A DNA stretch of 64,000 nt from an uncultured delta proteobacterium (lineage in GTDB: Bacteria > Desulfobacterota > Desulfomonilia > Desulfomonilales > Desulfomonilaceae), in NCBI GenBank assembly GCA_963789265.1, contig CAWBKB010000007.1, positions 64,001 through 128,000 of the forward strand, written 5' to 3'. Positions 9,597 to 21,327 of this stretch are shown piece after piece; within the stretch, counting starts at the first letter, position 1; each line of letters begins with the position of its first letter. Made by a program: the position numbers and the translations under genes. Below the pieces are notes generated by a model, which saw nothing but the letters and a program-made list of their open reading frames with translations, had not been told where the DNA came from and did not search any database.

Positions 9597-12500
9597 ATGA
9601 ATTCCCGTGATCGCAAAGCTGGGATCGTAGGATCGGAATGCACGAAAAACTGTGTGCGCGGTCGTCCCGAGCCTGCTGGGCAGCCTGAGCTTGAGGCCCC
9701 GGCCTGCAAAAGGCCCGAAGCAAGCGTCGATGCCGAGCCGTCTCACAACTCGATCAATAATATTCCGCACGCTGATCACGTTCCGAAATTCCTCGGAGAC
9801 AAAGTGCTTGCTTTGACCGATCCAGATGAAGGGCAACGCAAGCAAGTGACCATCCTTGTGGCAGATATTGCAGACTACTCCTCTCTTTCAAAAAATCTCA
9901 GTCCGGAAGAAGCATACGAGATCATAACTCGCTTCCTGGAGGTTCTCGAGGAACAGATCCGCTGTCATGGCGGGATTATGGCGCAGGTAAGCGAGGGAAC
10001 CGTAAAAGGCCTTTTCGGCGCACCGGCATCTGTTGAAGATCATGCAAAGAGGGCCTGCGAAGCAGCCTTAGCTATCCGCGAGTCGGTCGGTTCGCTTGCG
10101 AAAAAAGTTCGAAAAGAGAATTGCGTCGATCTGGGCATCCGAATCGGGCTTGTGTCGGATGTAATACTGACCGGCTCCGTTTCGGGCGGAGTCGAGCTGG
10201 ACTCAAGAGACCTGGACGACGCGGACGATCTGATTCCTGTGGTTCAGGGTCTTATGAAACCAGGCAAGATTGCGGCGGCGAGGAGCACATTTGACCTGGT
10301 AAGTGATTTCTTCGATTTTCAGCCGATAAAACAACACGAACGCGACGGTATTGAATTGGTTGTGGCTTATGAACTGCTGAAATCCAGGGAGCTTGCGAGC
10401 CCAATCCGGGCCAAGGAGTTAAAGGGCCTCAGCAAGTTTGTAGGCCGCGAACAAGAAATGTCGGTCCTCCTGGAAGCGGCGGAAAAAGCAAGACGAGGAC
10501 GCGGCCAGACGGTGGCGGTCACGGGAGATGCGGGAGTAGGGAAATCCAGGCTTGTTTTGGAATTGCAGAAACGCGTTCCGGAAGGGCAACAGATATTTCT
10601 TGAAGGCTACTGCCGCAATTATAATGCTGTTGGACCGTACGGGCGTGTCCTGGACATGCTGAGATCGATTTTCGACGTCCGGGCAGGGGAGAAGGAAAAT
10701 TCTGCCGGCAAGAAAATTAAGGATTGGCTGGCTCTTCATGTAGCCGGACACGATGAGATCGTTGCCCCGATGTATGAAATACTGGCTCTGAAGGTTGAAG
10801 ATGAGCGATACTCGCGTCTTCCCTATCAGCAAAAGAGAAGCAAGATTTTCCAGGCGGTTGAACGAGTGCTGGTTCAAACTAGCCGGCAAAAGCCGTTGAT
10901 AGCGATTGTGGAAGACCTCCATTGGATCGACCGGACTTCAGAGGAACTGTTGCGCCATTTGATCGGACGAATCAGCGATGCAAGGATCTTTCTCGTCATG
11001 CTCTATCGACCCGAGTACGCTGGTGCGTCACAGCTCGGTGCCGCTGTATCACAGGTTCACCTGGCTGAGCTGCCCGATGATCCCGCGAGAGAGCTTGCCG
11101 AATCCATCCTTGGCGGTGAGGCGGACGACAGCCTAATGAACGTAATTCGGAACCAAACTGCCGGTAATCCGCTATTCATAGAAGAACTCACCAAGGCATT
11201 CCTGGACAGCGGAGAAATTGAAATAGCTGACTACAGGTTTACCCTAATGCCCCATGCGCAAGCGCAATTGCTGCCGAAGACTATTCAGGGAGTCATCTCT
11301 GCGCGAATAGACCGCCTGGAGAAGGATGTCAAAACTACATTGCAGGTGGCATCTGTGATAGGGCGAGAAGTCCCTCTTCATCTGCTGGAGCGAATAACGG
11401 AATCAGGTGAGGATATCAGTTCTCACATTTCAAGGCTTCAGAAGCTTGAGTTCATTCATGGAGACAAAGACCGGCAGTTTGCGTTCAAGCACGCCCTCAC
11501 CCAAGAGGCGGCGTACACCAGCCTTTTGACACGGAGAAGGCTAAAAATTCACCATGAGACAGCTAAGGCCATAGAGAAACTTTATTCGGACAGGTTGGAA
11601 GAATTCTATGAGCAACTCGCCCATCATTTTGGCAAGAGCGGGAACTTACGAAAGGAGTTCAAGTACCTGAAACTCTCTGCACTCAAAGCAAGCCGACAGA
11701 AACTCGCACTGGGAGGCCTATCAATTCGGTAAACAGGCGCTACGCTGCCTGAAAAACCAGCCAGCGACTCTGCAAAACAAAAAGGAGGAAGTCGAAGTTC
11801 TGAAGATGATGAGCTGGCCCATGAGATCGTTGGATTATACTGGTGGAGGCACTGAACACCTCCTGAAACACGGGGAAGAGCTTTGTCTCGAAATAGGGGA
11901 TGCCAACAACTTGTCTTTTTTCAGAAACCGAGCTCTGCGTGTACTATGCCGTCACAGGCGACTCGATGTCGCTCCAACAATATTCAGGGCATGTATTTCA
12001 GGACATCCGGGTTTTGGGGTGCTCCTTGTCGACAAAGGAACATCTGAAAATCATGATTCCTCTATTCGTGAATCATTCTCTGTTAGGTCTCATGGGTGAC
12101 CGTGTCTCAGAGGTTCTTTCCGTGAACCTCAGTGTCCTCAAATATATGGAAGAGGCGCATGCGCTCTTTGACGCTTGGGACATGCCGTTCAATGCGTATT
12201 CATTCCTTGCCGCCACGTCCGCCTATTTTTTGAGTTGGCTCGGAGATTTTGACAATGCCACTAGGTTGTCTCGCAAAGCGCTTGATGTGGCCCTGAAGGT
12301 GAATGATCCCCTTTCTATGGGCATTGCAGAATTCTCTCATGGCCATGTGCATAATAATAGAGGCTTAGGCAAAGAGGCAATAGAGCACTACACAAGAGCA
12401 ATCGAACATTTGGAAAAGGTGAAAGGCGGCTCAGCCGGGGACACGTCGTTAGGAAATGCTTGGCAGGGACTAGGTATCGCCAAGTTCCTGGTGGGAGATG

Positions 12501-12970
12501 CGGATGGGGCTCGTGGTTGTATCGAACGGTCGATCCAGATGCATCTTGATTCCGGAGTCGTGATCGAGCTCCCCCACGATTATGCGTACTTGAGCATGGC
12601 ACATTTGGCCACAGGCGACGTGGCGAAAGCCCGTAATTTTATCGATACCGCCTTGGATTGGGCTCGGAAGTGCAACCAAAAACATTGGGAAGGCCTGGCG
12701 AAGATATTTTTTGGCAAGATAATGTCCCAGAGCGAAGCTCTCCAAGCAGCCAGGGCTGAGGCGTCAATCTTGGAAGGGATTGAAATTCTGTCGCAATTAG
12801 GCATGAAGCCATATTGTGCCCAAGGCTATTTCTATCTGGGGGAGCTTCGAGTTACTACCAGCAAATCACAACTCGGTACGAAAAACCTGAAAAAAGCCGA
12901 AAGAATGTTCAAAGAAATGGGAATGGAATACTGGCTGGATAAGACGCAGAAAGTTCTTGGCCGCATTTAG
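9597..12970 (+). CDS. Degenerate class III cyclase-like domain + STAND ATPase + TPR protein, copy 1 (frameshifts near 11703 and 11925)
   Basis: VTILVADI; FVGREQE; Walker A GDAGVGKS; Walker B IVEDLHW; GNPLF; FKHALTQEAAY; C-terminal TPRs; indels located by comparison with copy 2. Confidence 0.85.
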
Positions 12971-12991
12971 CGGCATGTTCGCTGGGGGATC

Positions 12992-15900
12992 ATGAAACCG
13001 CAAAAAAACAACCCGGGGAAACGTGAGAGCAAGAGAGAGAAGGCACATCGTCATGGATTGCCGGATCGCGGCTCCGCGATCAAAGAAAGCTTCCCAGGCC
13101 CCGCACTGGAATTTTTGGGAGACAAAGTCCTTGCACTCAGGAATGCGGAAGTGGATGAGCTGAAGTACGTGACCATTCTTGTTGCGGACATTCCTGATAG
13201 TTCGTCTCTCTCGCGCAAGCTAGCGCCAGAAGAAGCGTACGGTCTCATGGTCCGCTGCCTCGCTATCCTTGAGGAACAGATCCGCCATTATGGCGGGACC
13301 GTCGCGCAGGTCACCGGAGGAGTGGTCAACGGCCTGTTCGGAGCGCCGATGTCGCACGAGGACCATGCAAGAAGAGCCTGTGATGCAGCCTTGTCCATCT
13401 TGAAAAAAATCGACTTGTCCAGGCAAAAACTTCGCGAAGAGTTTAATGCCGATTTTCACATACGAATCGGATTGGTCTCGGGTGCGATCTTGACAAGCTC
13501 CTCAAAAGCGGGCGCCGGGCTGGAATATGAAGATTTGGAAGACGCGGATGATCTAATTTCTCCGCTTCAGGCGATCACACAGCCGGGAAAGGCCTTGGTG
13601 GCGAAAAGCACATACGATTTAACGAGTGACTTCTTTGAATTCAGGCCCGTGGAAACGAGCAGACCGGAAGGTCTCAAACCAGTTGATGCGTACGAACTCG
13701 TGAAGCCTCGCGAGCTTCCCAGCCCAATGCGAGCCAAAGAGATGAAGTGGCTCAGCAAATTTGTAGGCCGCGAACAAGAAATGTCGATCCTGCTGGAAGC
13801 GGCGGAAAGAGCAAGACGAGGACGCGGCCAGGCGGTGGCGGTCACGGGAGATGCTGGAGTTGGGAAATCCAGGCTTGTTTGGGAATTGAAGAGACGCCTC
13901 CCCGAAGGCGAACAGACATTTCTTGAAGGCTACGGCCGCAATTATGATGGTGTTGCACCGTATGGCCCCGTCCTGGACATGCTGAGATCGATTTTCGACA
14001 TCAAGGCAGGGGAAAAGGAAAGTTCTGCCAGCAAGAAAATTAAGGAGTGGCTGGCTCTTCAAGTAGCCGGACACGATGAGATCGTTGCCCCAATCTATGA
14101 GATACTGGCTTTGAAGGTTGAAGATGCGCAATACATGGAGCTTCCGTTTCAGCAAAAGAGAAACCGGATTTTCGAGGCGATTGAGACGGTCTTGGTCGAA
14201 GCAAGCCGGGAGAAGATGTTGGCGGTGATACTGGAAGATCTTCACTGGATCGACCGATCTTCAGAGGAAGTCTTAAATTATTTGATCCCAAGAATCGAGG
14301 GGGCCAAGATACTCCTGATCCTGCTGTACCGCCCCGAATACGCCGGCGCATCCAGCTTAGGCATCTCGTCCGAAGAAGTCCATTTGGGTCATATATCGTG
14401 CGAACACGTGAAGGAACTTGTGTCATCCGTCCTCGGCGGTCCGCAGATCGACGATGCTCTCATAAGATTGATTCAGGAAAAGACCGGCGGGAATCCGCTG
14501 TTCGTGGAGGAATTCACGCGGTCTCTGTCCGACGTCGGGGCTATTCAAAGATCCGGTGGGAAATTTGTCCTCGCACAGGACGCGTCAGCAGAAATGCTGC
14601 CCAAAACCATTCAGGCGCTCATCGCGGCACGAATGGACCGTCTCGATAAGGATGTCAAGGCAACATTGCAGGTTGCGTCCGTGATAGGCACTGGGTTTCC
14701 CATGGACTTGCTGCAACTTGTAACGAAAACCGGCGACGTATTGAAATCACACATAGCGAAGCTTCAAAAGCTTGAATTCATGCGCGAAGTACAGGCATCT
14801 CCTGAACGACAGTTTGCGTTCAAGCATGTCCTCACTCAAGAAGCCGCGTACGGGAGCCTCACGGCACGGAGAAAGCTGAGATTCCATCAAAGGACGGGTG
14901 AGGCTATAGAAGAGCTTTACTCGAACAGGCTGGAAGAATTTTACGAACAGCTTGCCCATCATTTTGGCAAGAGCGCGGATTTACAGAAACAGTTCAAATA
15001 CTTAAAACTGGCTGCAATCAAAGCAAGGCGACAGAATTCTCCCTGGGAGTCTTATCAATTCGGTAAGCAAGCGCTTCGCTGCTCGCAAGCGCAGCCGGCG
15101 ACTCAGCAAAACAAAAAGGAGGAAGTGGAAGTTTCTGAGGGTGATGACCTGGCCCATGAGAATGTTGGATTATACTCGTGGAGACTCTGAACAGCTCCTA
15201 AAACGCGGGGAAGAGCTTTGTCTCGAACTAGGGGATGCCAACGACCTGTCTTTTTTCAGGGCTGAGCTCTGCGTGTACTATGCCGTCACAGGCGACCCGA
15301 TGTCGCTCCAGCAATATTCAGGGCATGTATTTCAGGACATCCGGGCTTTGGAATGCGTCTTGTCGACAAAGGAACATCTGAAAATCATGATTCCTATGTT
15401 CGTGAATCATTCTCTGTTAGGTCTCATGGGTGACCATGTCTCAGAGGTCCTTTCCGTGAACCTCCGTGTCCTCAAATTTATGGAAGAAGCGCGTGCGCTC
15501 TTTGACGATTATGGCATGCCTTTCAACGTATATTCGTTTCTGGCAGCCATGTCCGCCTATTTTTCAACTTGGCTCGGAGATTTTGACAGTGCCGCGAGGT
15601 TGTCTCGAAAAGCGCTTGATGTCGCCCTGGAGACGAATGATCCTCTTTCTTTGGGCTTTGCAGAATTCTGTCACGGCCTTGTGCTCAATAATAGAGGCTT
15701 CGGCGAAGAGGCAATAGAGGTACTGCACAAGAGCAATCGAACATCTGGAAAAGTTGAAACGCGGCTCAGCCCCGGACACGACGTTGGGAAATGCTTGGCT
15801 GGGACTAGGTATCGCCCGCTTGCTGGTGGGAGATGCGGATGAGGCTCGTGGTTGTATCGAACGCTCGATCCAGATGCATATTGATTCCGGATTCGTACCC

Positions 15901-16320
15901 CAGTTCGCCCACGATTATGCATACTTGAGCATGGCACACTTGGTCACGGGCGACGTGGCGAAAGCCCGTGATTGTGTCGATTCCGCTTTAGACTGGGCTC
16001 GGAAGTGCAACGAGCGACATTGGGAAGGCCTGGCAAAGATATTTCTTGGCAAGATAATGTCCCAGAGCGAAGCCCTGCGGGCAGCCCAGGCTGAAGCGTC
16101 GATCGTGGAAGGGATTGAGATCCTGTCGAAATTAGGCATGAAGCCATATTGTGCCCAAGGCTATTTCTATCTGGGGGAGCTTCGAGTTAGTACCGGCAAG
16201 TCACAACTCGGTACGAAAAACCTGAAAAAAGCCGAAAGAATGTTCAAAGAAATGGGAATGGAATACTGGCTGCGCAAGACGCAGGAAGTCCTGGACCGTT
16301 TTGAAAAGTTGCCCCGATAA
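12992..16320 (+). CDS. Degenerate class III cyclase-like domain + STAND ATPase + TPR protein, copy 2 (frameshifts near 15133 and 15720)
   Basis: Tandem paralogue of 9597-12970 with the same motifs. Confidence 0.85.
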
Positions 16321-16381
16321 CCCTTTTGTAATCCTTGAACTCTGAGAATCGACCAGTCGGACGTTGACGATCTCGCCTCAT

Positions 16382-16430
16382 TGGGTATTCTGTATACCCA
16401 TTCCATAGATGAAATATAGGCATTTACCCT
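16382..16430. promoter_or_regulatory. Duplicated operator-like element, copy A
   Basis: TGGGTA-N7-TACCCA...ATATAGGCATTTACC; 40/49 nt identical, ungapped, to 17627-17675. Confidence 0.6.
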
Positions 16431-16621
16431 ACTAAACCGTAAGGTATTCTGTATTTACATGAATCCCATGGCGCGCTCCACCTTCTTCAGAAGAAATGAG
16501 CAGCCATAGCGCTCGCAACTAAACCGATTGATTCTCCAACCAGTTAGTTGAACAGCGGGGCACAAGGAGCCCAAAGGACGACTTCTCCGCTTCGTAAATC
16601 GCAAATGTACCATGAGGGAGG

Positions 16622-17059
16622 ATGACCATGAGTACGGAAACAGCAGGTCCAAGAAAAGCGCCATTTGTGTTTTCGATTTGTGTGCTGATCGTCCTACTGG
16701 CCAGTCTGAGCGGCCTGGTTCTCAACCCCGAGAGTCAATCACGCAGGCTCGTTCGAGACCTCAATAGTCCATCACGTGCCCGAAGGATCTGGGCAGTTCA
16801 GACTTTGGGGGCCCTCAAGGATCGTTCAGCAGTAGAAGCCCTTAGTGCCAAGTTGGAAGACCAAGATCCCATCATGCGGAGATGTGCTGCATGGGCTCTA
16901 GGGCAGATAAATGATCCTCGATCTGTGAAGATCCTCACCTCCGCGGTGAAACACTGGGACCATAATGTCAGAAAGGAAGCAGCCGCGTCTCTTTCCAAGT
17001 GGATCAATCGTCAAGGATTGCTCACAGGGCAGAGCGCTTCATGCCTTCAGTCCCGGTGA
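16622..17059 (+). CDS. Membrane-anchored HEAT-repeat protein
   Basis: N-terminal TM segment; repeats AVEALSAKLEDQDPIMRRCAAWALGQINDPRSV; RBS GGGAGG. Confidence 0.8.
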   Translation: MTMSTETAGPRKAPFVFSICVLIVLLASLSGLVLNPESQSRRLVRDLNSPSRARRIWAVQTLGALKDRSAVEALSAKLEDQDPIMRRCAAWALGQINDPRSVKILTSAVKHWDHNVRKEAAASLSKWINRQGLLTGQSASCLQSR

Positions 17060-17626
17060 GCAAAGCAAAACGCCTATCAGTGAAATTGGGTATAGGCATA
17101 AATCTCCTGATTACTGCGTATTCTGAATTTGCGTGAATCCCACGCGGCCACTGCTGGCCACTGCTGCCAAAAGCATACCAGAGCAGGAGGCGAATTGATC
17201 GCAGATTCCGCTAGAAGGTCGCCGCAGGAGCCTCAGCCAGGAACCCTTACGAGAGGTCGCTTTTACAGGCAATCAGAAATTTTGGAATGAAGGAATTATA
17301 GAAAAACGGAATGTGTTGCGCTCGCAGCCGAGAGGAGTCTGCAACTCAGTCTTTCGCACAGAGGCAGTGGCGCTTCCTCCGACCAACCGTAAGCTTCCCC
17401 TGCGCACAGCGGAGTGACCCGATCCAAATCACAACAGAGCCAGAAACCTGTGCCACAGATTTGGGACGCCCCGCTAACATCTGGAAACAACACAACTTTT
17501 GCCCATGCACTGTGGAAGATAGGTTGGGCCTATCCTTTTGCTCCAGCCAACCGCGCTCTGAAAAACTTTTTAATAGCGGATTAATAGCGGAAATCGCAGT
17601 GCTCCAATCTTTTGGATCCACACGAC

Positions 17627-17675
17627 TGGGTATTTTTCATACCCAATTCATAAATGGAATATAGGCGTTTACCTT
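17627..17675. promoter_or_regulatory. Duplicated operator-like element, copy B
   Basis: Matches 16382-16430; lies upstream of the 17798 gene. Confidence 0.6.
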
Positions 17676-17797
17676 CCAATGCAATCATCTATTCTGGATT
17701 CGAGTTCGAAAGGGCCAAGCCGCAGAGTGAAAGTTCCGTCACGAACAGATCGAGTTCAAGCCCAGGGCTGACTCGGCCGATGCAAAGGAGCCAGACA

Positions 17798-18094
17798 ATG
17801 ACAACAGAAGTGTCATCCGAAAAAGGGATTGCCCAGTCGATGGGAGCTATTGTGGTGATCACGTGGGTGCTGATCCTTGGCCCGATTGGCGGTTTACTAC
17901 TCGGAGCAGTAGCTTATTCGATGCATGCAAGAAACCTGATTGTAGGGGCTCTTTATGGCGCGCTGCTCTTCTTGCCTCTTTTACTGACCGTGGTCTGGGG
18001 GATTGAGACGTGGCTGCAGGTCCGCCGTACAAACCGGGTCCAAAGAAGAGCGCTGGTTTTGACAACCGAGCCGATTGACTCTCCAACTCGTTAA
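17798..18094 (+). CDS. Small membrane protein with two TM segments
   Basis: AAGGAG RBS before ATG 17798; two hydrophobic segments. Confidence 0.6.
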   Translation: MTTEVSSEKGIAQSMGAIVVITWVLILGPIGGLLLGAVAYSMHARNLIVGALYGALLFLPLLLTVVWGIETWLQVRRTNRVQRRALVLTTEPIDSPTR

Positions 18095-18119
18095 TTTGAT
18101 GGCGGGGGGAGGATTGGAG

Positions 18120-18563
18120 ATGCAGGCAGGGATTAAGATATTCGTAATCTTTCCGTTGTTTGGCACGATTATGGGATTGGCATGGTTGTACCAGCCTCAA
18201 GCAGAACAGCCCGTCTCAGTGTTATTAAGAACTCATGCAAACGCGATAGGCAGGCATGAAAAGGCAAATATATTCTTGAAAGCCTCTTTCAACGGAAGGG
18301 CTGTGGGGCATGGAGAGGTGAGAATGCACATCTCCCCGGCACGTACTGCGGTTCTTGGATCTCCGGTGCGTTATATCCGACGCGTCCACGGTTACACTGA
18401 TGCTCAAGGAGTGTTCATTCCCAACTGGGTCCCCCGTACAGTCGGCGAATACATCGTTACAGCGACAGTAACGAAGTCGGGATATGGTGCGGGGAAGTCG
18501 GTTTGCTTTCTAAGAGTTGAAGAACGATCCTCCGCGGAACGGACAGGACCTCCACCAGATTAG
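18120..18563 (+). CDS. Hypothetical exported protein, Ig-like beta fold suspected
   Basis: N-terminal TM; GYTDAQGVF...GEYIVTATVTKSGY pattern. Confidence 0.6.
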   Translation: MQAGIKIFVIFPLFGTIMGLAWLYQPQAEQPVSVLLRTHANAIGRHEKANIFLKASFNGRAVGHGEVRMHISPARTAVLGSPVRYIRRVHGYTDAQGVFIPNWVPRTVGEYIVTATVTKSGYGAGKSVCFLRVEERSSAERTGPPPD

Positions 18564-18594
18564 AACCGAAAAAAGAACGGCCTTTGCGATCACA

Positions 18595-19038
18595 TCAGCC
18601 GGATCGGTCGGCCGATCTCTTCAGGCATTTGAGAGGGGGGGAAGGGGAGAACTCGGATCCCCAGCTCTGGGATATGCACAGGAGGTCTCCCCGCCATCGT
18701 TCGATTTTACGGATCGCTTCAGCTTCCCAGGGGAGCCAGATTGATCTCTTCTTGACACGGATGGCAGCTTCCAACTCCGCGGGAACCGGAGGGTTTAATG
18801 ATTCACTGTCGCTATCTTCAAGGTTATTGACGAAGTAGTTCAGGATCTTGATCTGGCGGCGGTTCAATTTTCCCCTGATGTGGCACAAACGCGGCTCCAG
18901 GGCCTTTTCCAAGCATTGTGTGGCGAAGTTGTTTTTGTGTTTGCAGTTGATGAGTTCGCTCAAAAATCTATAATTTTCTCTGAATTCTCCGGGGATGCTG
19001 GACAGGTCGGTGTCCTGGGCAGTTTTGTCCGCTTTCAT
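18595..19038 (-). CDS. Hypothetical protein
   Basis: Open frame with a GGAG RBS candidate; no recognisable motif. Confidence 0.4.
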   Translation of the reverse strand: MKADKTAQDTDLSSIPGEFRENYRFLSELINCKHKNNFATQCLEKALEPRLCHIRGKLNRRQIKILNYFVNNLEDSDSESLNPPVPAELEAAIRVKKRSIWLPWEAEAIRKIERWRGDLLCISQSWGSEFSPSPPLKCLKRSADRSG

Positions 19039-19208
19039 AGGTGCTCCCTGTAGCTTCCGGGGCTCGGTCGATCGGGCCGGGGGTCCCGAGAGTTGCCCGT
19101 GGTATGCAGGCAACGGGGAGGTTCCGTAACACCTTGCCGAACTATTGTCAAGTTATGCTTTCATATTTATTCTTATTTTATGGATATAACTATTAATATA
19201 TGTCAATA

Positions 19209-19511
19209 TCATGGGTTAGACGGACCTGCTTGATACAATTGTCGCTGTTTCTTGAGGACTTCCGGATCTATCTTAATTTTACCTTTGTACTTTTCCTCGT
19301 AATTCTCCAGACTCCTTTTCTCCTGATAAGAGAACACCGTCGTCTCGATCATCCCCACAATCTGTTCGCCGCAAGGCAATGCCCGTACAAACGCCACCCC
19401 GCTCATGATGGTGGGCTGATTGGTCCTCAAGCCGTGTATATAGCACCCCAGTAAGATCCCCACGCCTGCTAAGATAGAGAAGTAGACGACATATTTCAGA
19501 GTTCTCAACAT
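19209..19511 (-). CDS. Hypothetical membrane-anchored protein
   Basis: N-terminal TM; co-oriented downstream of the UbiA-family gene. Confidence 0.6.
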   Translation of the reverse strand: MLRTLKYVVYFSILAGVGILLGCYIHGLRTNQPTIMSGVAFVRALPCGEQIVGMIETTVFSYQEKRSLENYEEKYKGKIKIDPEVLKKQRQLYQAGPSNP

Positions 19512-19586
19512 TTGGTGCGTCCTTCCGGAGTTAAGCTTCGTTCCTGAATTGACAGCTCGAAGCCCCAGGTCATTGGGGTCCGCGCA

Positions 19587-20474
19587 TTACAGGTAGATGA
19601 GCCCTATGCACGCGGCCAACCATAGAATAGCACATAAGAGGAGCGGAGGATCGGTCAGAAGCATGGCAGTAGGGGAGCCGCCGTCCTCTCTCTGGTAAAT
19701 GAGATACATGTAACGAAAAATACCGTATGTCACCAGCGGAATGGTAAACATCATCGTCTCGGCATGAAGTCCCCCGGACGGGTTGCCGCGCACCGAGTAC
19801 AGGCAGTAGAAGATGAACGTCGAAGTGGTAGTGATTTGCAAAAGCTGGTCCAGCAATGACACGCTGTAGTTCTCGAGAACCGGCCTATGGCAACTGGCGT
19901 CTTCACACAAGATCACTACTTCGTGGCGTCGTTTCCCAAGGGCCAAGAGTATCGCGACAGAGAAAGTGCACAGCACAAGCCAGCTAGAAACAGTGACCCC
20001 GATTACCACCGCGCCGGCCAGCACTCTGAGTAAGAACCCAACCGATATAGTCAACACATCTACGAGGACCAAGTCTTTGAGTTTGCACGAGTAGAGCACA
20101 TGGAGTAAGAGATAAGTGCCCAGAAAAATAAAGCCCTTTGTCGGAGTTTTCACCGCAAAGGCTAGGGCAAAGATCCCGGCAATCAGCAGGAACATGACAG
20201 AAAGGGCAGTCGCAGGAGATATGGTCCCCGCTGCCAACGGACGATTTTTTTTCAGCGGATGGGCTCTGTCTTGTTCCATGTCCATGTAATCATTTAGAAT
20301 GTACGTGGCAGAGGACGCTAGACAGAAAGCAACACACATCCCTACCGCTTTTACCACGTCTTCAACCTCGAACAGCCGGCCGCTGAAGATAAGAGGCATC
20401 AACACGAACCCATTCTTAATCCACTGAGTCGGCCGCATGAGTTTTATGATAGATTTCAACAACTTCCTCGGCAT
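19587..20474 (-). CDS. UbiA-family prenyltransferase (decaprenyl-phosphate phosphoribosyltransferase-like)
   Basis: RPTQWIKN, NDYMDMEQDRAHPLKKNRPLAAG, GFLLRVLAG, LGKRRHE. Confidence 0.88.
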   Translation of the reverse strand: MPRKLLKSIIKLMRPTQWIKNGFVLMPLIFSGRLFEVEDVVKAVGMCVAFCLASSATYILNDYMDMEQDRAHPLKKNRPLAAGTISPATALSVMFLLIAGIFALAFAVKTPTKGFIFLGTYLLLHVLYSCKLKDLVLVDVLTISVGFLLRVLAGAVVIGVTVSSWLVLCTFSVAILLALGKRRHEVVILCEDASCHRPVLENYSVSLLDQLLQITTTSTFIFYCLYSVRGNPSGGLHAETMMFTIPLVTYGIFRYMYLIYQREDGGSPTAMLLTDPPLLLCAILWLAACIGLIYL

Positions 20475-20990
20475 TTCACTTCCGCGCAGGCTTCAATCGG
20501 AGATTGAAGGCCAGTTTCTAGCATATCCGAATCTCAGTGTAAATCGAAACCATGGTTTCGGTCAATTGGTCGAATAAGTGGAGGGGGGCCTGACAAGCGT
20601 ACTATGGTGGTCCTCGAAAGAACCGTCCTCATACCTGATGCGTGTTGGCATCTAATTAAGATCAGTAGGATAGTCCCGTGAGGCGCAGGACAGCTTGGCG
20701 CTGACGGACGGGCAAGATGCCCATCCCCACTGCAAGGGTGACCCTCGCCACCAAATCATTTTCTTTTTCCGTGATCGGATTCGAGAACTGCCTATACGCG
20801 TCATGCCTGCGAAGTCGGGAAGACGGTCCGTGGTGACCAAACGGCGACGCCGATGGCTTGCGCGGGGAAATCTCGCATATCGCGGGATGCCAATGAAAAA
20901 CTTTCGCCGTCCCGGCTGACCCGATCGAGGGTCCGAATCTCTTGGTTCGGCGGGAGAAATCAGTTATTCTTCACGCGGGAGGAAACTTGA

Positions 20991-21288
20991 ATGTTAACAA
21001 CGACTGAGCTTGTAAGAGAAGAGAAACCGGCGGATCAGGCTTATCAGGATCGCTTCGGACCTTCTGGTCTACGTCTTAATGACACGCTCGATGAGCCCTC
21101 CCGAAGCCGAGAAGATGATAAACGGGGTCAGAAAGTTGGCCCTGAAGTTGTTTCCCGGTAAAGAACACGTTTTTGACCTGATCTATCTGCCCCGCTTCAG
21201 AAGGGCTCTTCGAGAAGCAGGCGGTTACAACCACCAGCATGCTCTTAGGATTCTTGATGGAGGACGGGCTTGTTTAGCTCTGAAATAG
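20991..21288 (+). CDS. Small hypothetical protein (+1 frameshift near 21024)
   Basis: GGAGG RBS then MLTTTELVREE; removing one A continues as NRRIRLIRIASDLLVYVLMTR...LFPGKEHVFDLIYLPRFRR. Confidence 0.7.
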
Positions 21289-21327
21289 TGCGCCAAGGTT
21301 TGACTTTTTGCTCCGGAGGGGTGGAAC

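Noticed and set aside
11580..16320. Diversity-generating retroelement template/variable repeats in the STAND paralogues
   Set aside because: Differences are not confined to adenines, both copies are coding, and there is no reverse transcriptase in the window.
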